From: an uncultured Conexibacteraceae bacterium
GTDB lineage: Bacteria > Actinomycetota > Thermoleophilia > Solirubrobacterales > 70-9
Assembly: GCA_964536955.1 (NCBI GenBank)
Contig: CAZHZI010000002.1
Span: forward strand, 11,050 to 75,049
Length of the DNA: 64,000 nucleotides
Direction of reading: 5' to 3'
The position numbers and the translations under genes were made by a program. Below are positions 26,399-33,887 of the stretch, in pieces. Under the pieces are notes generated by a model, which saw only the letters and a program-made list of their open reading frames with translations, ran no database searches and had not been told where the DNA came from. Positions within the stretch are counted from its first letter, which is position 1. Each line of letters starts with the position of its first letter.

Positions 26399-27499
26399 CT
26401 ACGGCAGGCTCTTGTAGGCGTTGAAAGAGGGCTTTTTGGAGCCATCGGCCCCCAGCAGGCCCCATGCGGCGCCGCCATCTTCGATTGACTGGTCCATGAG
26501 GGTGAACCAGCCGAGACCGGCCACGTAGGGCGTTCGGCTCGCGATCTGGTAGGCGGCTTTCAGCCGGACCGCCTGCTCGCGCCGCGATACGAAGAAGCCG
26601 CTGAACAGGTCGAGTGGACGGTCGGAGACGATTGTCCACTCGGAGAGCCACAGCCTCGGCACCTTGCGGTGTCCAGCTAGATAGGCAGCCTTGATTTCCG
26701 CGAACAGGGTGTCGACGTCGTTGAACCCGCGGAAGCGCCCGAGCGGCCCGTCATGCAACCGCGGGAAGCGTGCGTCGAACGGATTGTGTCCCCACAGGTC
26801 CATGCGCGGGGGGCGTCCGTTCTTGAGCTTCATCGCCCGGATGAAGTCCGGCGCCATGATCGTGCCGCCGTTCAGCGTCATCCCGCCGATCACCACGTTG
26901 CGCGGGCTCGCCCGCTTCAGGGCCGCGTAGGCGGCATCCAGGAGCGCGGCGTATCGCTGTGGCCCGCGAGGCTGCCCGCGCTTCATCGGCTGGAAGTTGT
27001 CGCTTCGACTGGGCTCGCCCCAGATCATCCACGTGCGGATGCTCGGGTAGCGGCGGCCGGCGGCGTAGAGAAAATCCGAATAGGTCCTGGGACTGGTCGG
27101 CGCCCATATCGCCGAGCGTGCCCCATTCGCCCATCCCGGCGCACGCTGGACTAACGCGGCGGGCTGAATTCCGTACTGGGCAGATTGCTCAACGATCGTG
27201 TCGATCGACCCCCATTTGTAAGCGGGGTCATTGGGATCGCGGGGCTGGAGGGGTCGGGTGGGGGCGATCTCATCCCAGTGGATCTGGAATTGGAAGACAT
27301 CGACTCCGAGTTCGCGATAGATGGGAAACGCCGAACAGGCTTGTGTTGTGGTCGGGCACGAAGCGTCGCCGGCAGGAAGCTCGTAAGGGCCCCAGATCGA
27401 CTTCAGGAGCTTGGCGTGCGCCACCGTCGGGGCTGCCAGTGCAAGTGCGCAAATCAGCGCCGCCCAGATGGCACGCTTGGCAAAGATCATCGGCGGCAT
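26399..27499 (-). CDS. Secreted clan GH-A glycoside hydrolase (paralogue-like of 23038..24141)
   Basis: Signal peptide MPPMIFAKRAIWAALICALALAAPTVAHA. Candidate acid/base in WMIWGEPS and candidate nucleophile in LWLSEWT. The start lies 1 nt downstream of the upstream Wzy_C-TPR gene stop, so they form an operon. Confidence 0.6.
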   Translation of the reverse strand: MPPMIFAKRAIWAALICALALAAPTVAHAKLLKSIWGPYELPAGDASCPTTTQACSAFPIYRELGVDVFQFQIHWDEIAPTRPLQPRDPNDPAYKWGSIDTIVEQSAQYGIQPAALVQRAPGWANGARSAIWAPTSPRTYSDFLYAAGRRYPSIRTWMIWGEPSRSDNFQPMKRGQPRGPQRYAALLDAAYAALKRASPRNVVIGGMTLNGGTIMAPDFIRAMKLKNGRPPRMDLWGHNPFDARFPRLHDGPLGRFRGFNDVDTLFAEIKAAYLAGHRKVPRLWLSEWTIVSDRPLDLFSGFFVSRREQAVRLKAAYQIASRTPYVAGLGWFTLMDQSIEDGGAAWGLLGADGSKKPSFNAYKSLP

Positions 27500-27500
27500 C

Positions 27501-29432
27501 TTAGTCAGCGGCCCCCCCGCTCAGTTCCCGCAATCCGACATCCTGCGGGTTGAGCGCCAACGCACGCTGGTAGTGCCGTCGGGCGGCGGCGGCGTTGCCG
27601 CCACGCACCTCGAGGTCGCCGAGGAGGCCGAGCGTGACGAAGTTGGTGGGCTCTGGGTCGAGCGCATCCTGCAGCGATTGCCTAGCCGCTGCCCGATCCC
27701 CCTGAGTCTCCAGCGCAGAGGCCTGCAGATACAGCGGCGTGATCGATACCGGATTGAGCCAGGCGGCCGTGCGCGCGGAGTCCAGCGCTGCCTGCGATGA
27801 GCGGAAGGCATCCTCTCGCGCCTTGCGAACGTAGAGGTCGGAAAGGAACAGGAAGGTAACGCTGACCAGCGCCGCCGCCAGCGCCGCGGCCCCGGCGATG
27901 CGCCCAACCGACCACCGCGACCGGCCACTCGCGACCCCAACGCCCACCTCTTCGTCCTGGTCGCCAGCCGCGGCCAGGCTCAGCGCCAGCACGCTCAAGC
28001 CCAGCAGACCCGGAAGGAGCCATAGCCAGTCGGTAAGGCACTGGGCGAGCACGGTGGCACCGGCGGCGGCCAGGCCAGCTACCCACATTCGGTCCCTTGG
28101 CGTCACGGCTCGCGCCCGGCGAGCGATCGCCATCCCTACGGCTCCCAACCACACGGCGAACAGCGCGAAGCCGATCAGCCCGGTCTCCGACAAAAGCTTC
28201 AGCGGCAGGCTGTGGGGATCGCTCAGGTTCCTGTCGGTCTGCCGATCGCGGTAGTAGGCGAACTGGTAGCTGCCCGCTCCCATGCCTGCCAGCGGATTCT
28301 CGCGAAACTGGTCCCAAGCCACGCCCCAGAGGTCGGAGCGCTGACCGCTGACGGTCCCGAGGCGGGTGGAGCCGGTGACGGCCTCCGGCTCGATGTCCTC
28401 GAACTCTTCGAGCTTGTCGTTCACATAGCTGACCGGGTTGCCGATCCTGGCCACACCGAGCGCTCCCACGCCGATCGACAGGATGACCAGGGCGCCGGCC
28501 CCGAGTTGCCGCAGCCGCAGATCGAATGCCGGCGAGCGCAGCCCGTTGTCGAAGACGAAAACAAACAACCCAGCGAGAAAGCACAGCGCCGACGTAACCG
28601 CAAGCGCGGTCGCCGCGGTGCGAATGTCCGCCTCACTGGCCACCCCGGCGCCACCGTCGAAAGCGTCGAACGGCGTCAACATGGAGCCGGAGGCGACCCC
28701 GATTGCGCCGACGGCTGCAATCGCCGCCCAGGAGCGCCGCAACCGATCGGGACCTATCGCCAGGGAAACCGCTGCGCCTGCGGCGAAGCCGATCAGCACG
28801 CCGCGCGACTGCGTGAGGAAGGCCAGTCCAAGGGCAAGCACGGCCACCGCGAACGCCGCCGCTCGAATGCCCGAGGCCAACCCCCGACGGGCCGCCACCC
28901 CGATCAGTGGCCAGACGGCGAATGCGAACAGCGCGGCGGTCCCGTTGCGGTAGCCGATCGGGGAGTCGAGCCGCCCGGCGAGAAAGAGATCGGCCCCGTC
29001 GACGAACAGGCCCGCCAGCGTCACGACCGCGACGACACCGACGCCGGCAAACAACCCGATGCCGAAACGGTCCCGCCACCGGCCGATGCCGGCGGCGATT
29101 ACCAGCGTCCAGAGAGCCGCGTAGAAGGTCGTCCGAGCGGCGTCCTCCCAGGCCAGCGCCGCACTCTCAGACCAGGCCGCACTCAGCAGGACGTATCCGG
29201 CGAAGGCCCAGATGGCCACGGTTGCCACGGCCAGCGGGCCACGACGGGGAATCAACAGCCCGCCCGTCGCCGCTTGGGCGACAAGCATCGCCAAGGCGAG
29301 GATCGTCAGGGGCGCCCAGTAGCGCAGGTCAAAGGCGCCGTCCCACCAGGCCGAGACCACGAGCAGAACGCCAACTAGAGCCACCGGCCACGCTCCAGCG
29401 GCCTGCGGCGGGCGCGTGGATCCGTCTACCAT
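27501..29432 (-). CDS. Wzy_C (O-antigen ligase / O-oligosaccharyltransferase family) membrane protein with C-terminal TPR repeats
   Basis: Many TM helices. Wzy_C periplasmic loop: GTVSGQRSDLWGVAWDQFRENPLAGMGAGSYQFAYY...SDPHSLPLKLLSETGLIG. TPR tail: QGDRAAARQSLQDALDPEPTNF...GNAAAARRHYQRALALNPQD. Start set at MVDGSTRPP (29432); upstream Met codons would overlap the divergent gene. Confidence 0.75.
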   Translation of the reverse strand: MVDGSTRPPQAAGAWPVALVGVLLVVSAWWDGAFDLRYWAPLTILALAMLVAQAATGGLLIPRRGPLAVATVAIWAFAGYVLLSAAWSESAALAWEDAARTTFYAALWTLVIAAGIGRWRDRFGIGLFAGVGVVAVVTLAGLFVDGADLFLAGRLDSPIGYRNGTAALFAFAVWPLIGVAARRGLASGIRAAAFAVAVLALGLAFLTQSRGVLIGFAAGAAVSLAIGPDRLRRSWAAIAAVGAIGVASGSMLTPFDAFDGGAGVASEADIRTAATALAVTSALCFLAGLFVFVFDNGLRSPAFDLRLRQLGAGALVILSIGVGALGVARIGNPVSYVNDKLEEFEDIEPEAVTGSTRLGTVSGQRSDLWGVAWDQFRENPLAGMGAGSYQFAYYRDRQTDRNLSDPHSLPLKLLSETGLIGFALFAVWLGAVGMAIARRARAVTPRDRMWVAGLAAAGATVLAQCLTDWLWLLPGLLGLSVLALSLAAAGDQDEEVGVGVASGRSRWSVGRIAGAAALAAALVSVTFLFLSDLYVRKAREDAFRSSQAALDSARTAAWLNPVSITPLYLQASALETQGDRAAARQSLQDALDPEPTNFVTLGLLGDLEVRGGNAAAARRHYQRALALNPQDVGLRELSGGAAD

Positions 29433-29441
29433 GCGCGCTTC

Positions 29442-30026
29442 ATGCTCAAGCGCTCCTGTTTGACCGGCGCCTTGGCGCTCTGCATGCTCGCTCATTCGGG
29501 CGGAGCATACGCAGCATCTGTCCACGCGGCCCCCGGCGATCCCCCTGCGGGGAGCCCCTCGGGACAGATCTATGAGCTGCCTTTCGAGAAGGGCCGCTCA
29601 GACGCCGCGCCGAAGGGCAGCGGCGGCACCAGCGCTGGAGGCGGGGGTGCCGCCAGCGCTGGAGGCGGTGGCGAAGCGACATCCCCCACCGACGATGCGT
29701 CAGTGGAGCCGTCGCTCTACAGGTCGGAGAACAACTTCGGCTCGTCGTCGCAGGTACCCGGGAATCCCTCCCCTGAGAACAGCGCCTCAGGTGGCGAGGG
29801 CAATGCGACGGACAACGGACATGAAGACGATGCTGCGGGAGGCGCCACGGGGACGGGGTCGAGCAACGGAGGCGGGCCTACGCGAATCGGAGTCGCGGCC
29901 AGTGGTGTCACAGGCTCCGGCAACACCTCCCCAGCCGGCAACTTCGCCCTGCTTGGCGTCATCGCCCTGATCGCGGTCGCGGTCGGAGCCGCCTCGCTCA
30001 AAGCGAACCGGCTCAGGGCACGGTAG
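29442..30026 (+). CDS. Secreted low-complexity Gly/Ser/Ala/Pro/Thr-rich protein with C-terminal TM anchor and basic tail
   Basis: Clear signal peptide (MLKRSCLTGALALCMLAHSGGAYA). ~140-aa low-complexity region (GSGGTSAGGGGAASAGGGGEATSPTDD...NSASGGEGNATDNG...GSGNTSPAGN). C-terminal FALLGVIALIAVAVGAASLKANRLRAR. No recognisable family. Confidence 0.6.
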   Translation: MLKRSCLTGALALCMLAHSGGAYAASVHAAPGDPPAGSPSGQIYELPFEKGRSDAAPKGSGGTSAGGGGAASAGGGGEATSPTDDASVEPSLYRSENNFGSSSQVPGNPSPENSASGGEGNATDNGHEDDAAGGATGTGSSNGGGPTRIGVAASGVTGSGNTSPAGNFALLGVIALIAVAVGAASLKANRLRAR

Positions 30027-31125
30027 CCGCGGAGCCGGCCCAGGCGACCAACTCCCGAACGCAGCGCTTCCCCGCCTCGCCGTCGCCGTAGATCGCGAGA
30101 TCGGGCGCTTCGACGTCGCGGCGGCCGAGCAGTTCGGCCAGCGCTTGCGGGGCCAGGTCCGCATCCAAGCCGACCAGGCGGTTCCAGCCACTTTCGACTG
30201 TCTCCAACCACTCGGTTTCCTCGCGCAGGGTCAGACACGGGATGCCGGCGAGGTAAGACTCCTTCTGGAGCCCACCGGAGTCGGTCAGAACACCTCGCGC
30301 CCGGCGCACCAGGCAGGTGAAGTCGAGGTAGCCAAGCGGCTCGACCACGATCACTTGTGGGTTCGCCTCCAAATCGGTCATCAGGCTGGCCTCCCGGAGC
30401 CTTGCGCGGGTGCGTGGGTGCGCCGGGAAGACCAGCGGCCCATGCCGATCGGCGGCGGCTGCGATCACCTCCATCCCGTGCCGCAGCGCCTCTGGGTCGT
30501 CGACGGTCCCCTCCCTGTGCAGGGTGGCCACGAGATACTCGCCGGGGGTCAGATCGAGGCGATCGAGGATCGCCGACCGTCGCTCGGCGATCGGGCCGAA
30601 CTCGAAGGCGACGTCGGCCATGACATCGCCGACAAGCCGGGCGCGGTCGCCGGCGCCCTCGGCGCGCAGGTTGGCCATCGCCGCCTCCGTCGAGCAGAGC
30701 AGAAGGTCCGCTACGCGATCCGTGACAATGCGGTTGACCTCCTCCGGCATCGAACGGTTGAAGGAGCGCATGCCGGCCTCCACGTGCACGAGGGGCACGA
30801 GCTGCTTCGCGGCGACGAGAGCGGCGCCCAGCGTTGCGTTGGTGTCGCCGTAGACCAACATCGCGTCCGGGGGGTCGGCGATCACCAGCGCCTCCAGCCC
30901 GGTCATCGTCGCCGCCGTCTGCTCGGCATGGGTTCCCGATCCGACGCCGAGGTTCCGATCGGGAGGCGGTAGCCCGAGCTCTTCGAAGAACACCCCGGAG
31001 AGCTCATGGTCGTAGTGCTGGCCGGAATGCACCAGGGTCTCGGTCGCGTGATCGCGCAGGTGTCGCGACACAGCCGCCGCCTTGACGAACTGGGGCCTGT
31101 TGCCGACGACGGTGAGGACCCTCAT
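30013..31125 (-). CDS. UDP-N-acetylglucosamine (or UDP-diNAc-hexuronate) 2-epimerase, non-hydrolysing (WecB/WbpI family)
   Basis: MRVLTVVGNRPQFVKAAAVSRHL...LVHSGQHYDHELSGVFFEELGLP, YGDTNATLGAALVAAK, HVEAGMRSF, SGGLQKES. The alternative GTG start at 31140 is not excluded. Confidence 0.85.
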   Translation of the reverse strand: MRVLTVVGNRPQFVKAAAVSRHLRDHATETLVHSGQHYDHELSGVFFEELGLPPPDRNLGVGSGTHAEQTAATMTGLEALVIADPPDAMLVYGDTNATLGAALVAAKQLVPLVHVEAGMRSFNRSMPEEVNRIVTDRVADLLLCSTEAAMANLRAEGAGDRARLVGDVMADVAFEFGPIAERRSAILDRLDLTPGEYLVATLHREGTVDDPEALRHGMEVIAAAADRHGPLVFPAHPRTRARLREASLMTDLEANPQVIVVEPLGYLDFTCLVRRARGVLTDSGGLQKESYLAGIPCLTLREETEWLETVESGWNRLVGLDADLAPQALAELLGRRDVEAPDLAIYGDGEAGKRCVRELVAWAGSAATVP

Positions 31126-31144
31126 CGGAATGCGCGGCACTCCA

Positions 31145-32248
31145 TCAGGCGCTCGCGTCCAGGCCGGCGACCGCTTGCGCGACCTCGCTCACCTGCGCGT
31201 CGCTCAGCGCCGGCCCCATCGGCAGCGCAAGCGACTCGGCCGCGGCCCTCTCGACCCCCGGCAGCGAGGCATTCGATGCATAGGGCGCCATCGCCGGCTG
31301 GCGGTGCAAGGGCGTCGTGTAATAGGCACGCGCGCCGATTCCCGCTTCGGCGAGCCCGGCCCGTAGCCGATCCCGCTGGGCGCTGCGCACCACGTAGAGG
31401 TGGTAACAGGACTCGCCCCCTTCGGTCTCGAGCGGCAGCTCGACCAGGTCTCCCAAGCCGCTGGCGGCGTATGAGCGCGCAGCCCGTCGCCGCCCTGCCG
31501 TCCATTCGCCGAGATGCGGCAGCAACACTCGCAGGGCGGCAGCTTGGAGCTCGTCAAGACGCGAGTTGTAGCCAACCTCGGTATGCAGGCGATTGTCTTC
31601 GGAGCCGTGGTGGCGCAACCGCCGCGCAGACGCGGCCAAGTCGTCGTCGTCTGTGACGATCGCGCCGCCGTCGCCGAACCCGCCCAAGTTCTTCGATGGG
31701 AAGAAGCTGAAGGTGGCGGCGTCGCCCAGTGCCCCCGCCATCTCGCCGTGAAGGCTTGCGCCAGCCGCCTGAGCGGCGTCCTCGAGCAGGCGCAGCCCGC
31801 GGGATTCGGCGAGCGCTCGCAGCTCGCCGATCGGCGCCGGGTTGCCGAACAGGTGGACGGGCAGCAGCACCTTCGTGCGCTCGCCGACGGCCGGTTCGGC
31901 CGCGGCCGCGGTCATCTCGAACGTGCGCGGGTCGACATCGCAGAACACAGGGCTCGCCCCGGCGTTGACCACCGCTTCGGCCGTCGCGTAGAAGGTGAGC
32001 GCCGGGACGACGACCTCGTCTCCCCGCCCCACCCCGAGGGCACGCAGGGCAATCGTCAGTGCGTCGGTGCCGCTGGCGACGCCGACACAGTGCCGCACCC
32101 CGACGTACGCGGCGAACTCCGCCTCGAATGCCTCAACCTCCGGCCCAAGGATGTAGCGGCCGGACTCCAGCACCGCGCGCTGGCGGTCGGCAACCTCCGA
32201 CAACAGTGGCTCGATCGCAGGCCGGGTCGCAAACAGCGGAACGCTCAT
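31145..32248 (-). CDS. DegT/DnrJ/EryC1/StrS-family sugar aminotransferase (WbpE-like)
   Basis: Start MSVPLFATRPAIEPLLSEVADRQRAVLESGRYILGPEVEAFEAEFAAYVGVRHCVGVASGTDAL. PLP-Lys region: FSFFPSKNLGGFGDGGAIVT. The track ORF extension overlaps the upstream gene. Confidence 0.85.
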   Translation of the reverse strand: MSVPLFATRPAIEPLLSEVADRQRAVLESGRYILGPEVEAFEAEFAAYVGVRHCVGVASGTDALTIALRALGVGRGDEVVVPALTFYATAEAVVNAGASPVFCDVDPRTFEMTAAAAEPAVGERTKVLLPVHLFGNPAPIGELRALAESRGLRLLEDAAQAAGASLHGEMAGALGDAATFSFFPSKNLGGFGDGGAIVTDDDDLAASARRLRHHGSEDNRLHTEVGYNSRLDELQAAALRVLLPHLGEWTAGRRRAARSYAASGLGDLVELPLETEGGESCYHLYVVRSAQRDRLRAGLAEAGIGARAYYTTPLHRQPAMAPYASNASLPGVERAAAESLALPMGPALSDAQVSEVAQAVAGLDASA

Positions 32249-32276
32249 CAACCGAGGAACCCGGTCCTCGCCCGCT

Positions 32277-32843
32277 TCATCGCCAATGCTCCAGCAAGTC
32301 CTCGTCGAGGACTTCGCGAACCTCGCGGGCGGGAACGCCCATGACGACGGCCCGCGGCGCGACGTCGGCGCTGACGACGGCGCCCGCCGCGACAAAGGCC
32401 TCTTCCCCAATCTCGATTCCGGGACAGATCACGGCGCCGCCGCCGATCCGGCAGGCGCGCCCCAACCGTGGGCCCCGCAATTGCTCCCCGCGTCGGTGCC
32501 GCCCCATCGTGTTGTCGTTGGTGAGCGTCACGCCGGGGCCGATGAAGACGTCGTCTTCCACAAGCGAGCCCCCGGCGATGTAACAGCGAGCCTGCACGCT
32601 GACCCGCTCACCGACGACCACGCCGGGGTCGACCGAGCCGAAGCTGCCGATCGTCGAGCCGGCGCCGATCTGGGCCCCGTCGCGAATCTGAGCGAAGTCG
32701 CCGATTCGCGCTCCAGCGGCGATGCTCACCTCCGCGTGCATCACGACATGACCGCCGATCAGCACCTCGTCGCCGATCTCGACCCCGGCGCCGACCAGCA
32801 GGCCCGGCGCCAGGTCGGAGGGCTGGAGCGCCGCCCCGCTCAC
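32277..32843 (-). CDS. Hexapeptide-repeat (LbH) sugar N-acetyltransferase (WbpD/PglD-like)
   Basis: Continuous hexapeptide repeats (GAGVEIGDEVLIGGHVVMHAEVSIAAGARIGDFAQIRDGAQIGAGSTIG...). 188 aa. Lies between the oxidoreductase and the aminotransferase. Confidence 0.8.
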   Translation of the reverse strand: MSGAALQPSDLAPGLLVGAGVEIGDEVLIGGHVVMHAEVSIAAGARIGDFAQIRDGAQIGAGSTIGSFGSVDPGVVVGERVSVQARCYIAGGSLVEDDVFIGPGVTLTNDNTMGRHRRGEQLRGPRLGRACRIGGGAVICPGIEIGEEAFVAAGAVVSADVAPRAVVMGVPAREVREVLDEDLLEHWR

Positions 32844-33871
32844 GCGAGGGCGCCCCGTGACGCGAGCTTGACCGACGTGCCGCCCGACTCCACCGATGAC
32901 TGCAGCGCCTCCAGCACCCGCACCACCCGAACGCCGCTGTCGCCATCGGAGCGCGGCTCCCGTCCGTCGCGGATGCAGCCGACGAAATGCTCACACTCGG
33001 TGCGCAACGGCTCGCCGCCGGGAACCGCGGGGTAGCGAGACTCGCCAGAACGTGCGACGTACTCACCGGCGGAATCGCCGTCGGGGTCAAAGCCCTTGTC
33101 GTAGACCATGAGCTTGCGCTCAGCCGCCATGTCGTCGAAGGTCGCCATGCACTTGGAGCCGACGACCGTGAAGCGCCGCTCCTTGTGTGGGTCGAGCCAA
33201 GAAAGATGCAGGTGGGCCGCCACGCCGGACCCGAAGGCAAGGTAGGCGAAGACGACGTCCTCGACGCCGTCTCGCACGTAGCTTTCGCCGCGGGCGCTGA
33301 CCTCGACGGGGACCTCGCCGGTCAGCGCCAGGACGACCGAGACGTCATGCGCGCCGAGACTCCACAGGGCGTTCTCGTCAGCCCGAAGCTTGCCGAGGTT
33401 GAGGCGCTGGGAATAGATGTAGTGGACCTCCCCCAGCTCCCCGGAGTCGGCAAGCTCCTTGAGCGCCTCGACCCCAGGGTGGTACTCGAGCAGATGGCCG
33501 ACCATCAGAACTCGACCACGCGCCCTCGCAAGGGCCGAGATCCGTTCCGCGTCGGCAACGCTCTGGGCCAGAGGCTTTTCAACGAAACAGTCCTTGCCGG
33601 CCTCGATCACCCGCTCGGCCATCGCAGCGTGGGTGGAGACCGGCGTGGTGACCGCCACCGCGTCGAGCCTCTCGTCGGCGAGCAGCTCACCAAGATCGTC
33701 CGTAAAGCGCACTTTTGGAAAGCTCGAGCGCGACTGTTCTTCGCGCGAGGCGTCCGTGTCGCAGCACCAGGCCAGCTCACAGCCCGGGATGAGATCCAGG
33801 TTGCGAGCGACATTGGACCCCCAGTAACCCAAGCCGACAACGCCGACCTTGATCTCCCGCGCCGTCAGCAA
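32840..33871 (-). CDS. Gfo/Idh/MocA-family NAD-dependent sugar-nucleotide 3-dehydrogenase (WbpB-like)
   Basis: IKVGVVGLGYWGSNVARNL Rossmann start, DAVAVTTPVSTHAAMAERVIEAGKDCFVEKPLA, HLLEYHPG. ATGA-type overlap with the downstream acetyltransferase. Confidence 0.85.
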   Translation of the reverse strand: MLTAREIKVGVVGLGYWGSNVARNLDLIPGCELAWCCDTDASREEQSRSSFPKVRFTDDLGELLADERLDAVAVTTPVSTHAAMAERVIEAGKDCFVEKPLAQSVADAERISALARARGRVLMVGHLLEYHPGVEALKELADSGELGEVHYIYSQRLNLGKLRADENALWSLGAHDVSVVLALTGEVPVEVSARGESYVRDGVEDVVFAYLAFGSGVAAHLHLSWLDPHKERRFTVVGSKCMATFDDMAAERKLMVYDKGFDPDGDSAGEYVARSGESRYPAVPGGEPLRTECEHFVGCIRDGREPRSDGDSGVRVVRVLEALQSSVESGGTSVKLASRGALA

Positions 33872-33887
33872 CCCGATCCCGGCCCTG

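Noticed and set aside
27682-29378. ORFs 27682..28584 (-, 300 aa, alternative frame) and 28212..29378 (+, 388 aa)
   Set aside because: They overlap the Wzy_C-TPR gene, whose frame gives coherent TM helices and TPRs. These alternatives give Arg/Gly/Pro-rich sequence.
29940-30026. C-terminal sorting signal (LPXTG, PEP-CTERM, GlyGly-CTERM or PGF-CTERM) in the low-complexity protein
   Set aside because: The tail has the hydrophobic helix and basic residues, but no recognisable sorting motif precedes it (the sequence reads ...GNTSPAGNFALLGV...). No sortase, exosortase or rhombosortase gene is in the window. It is treated as a plain TM anchor.
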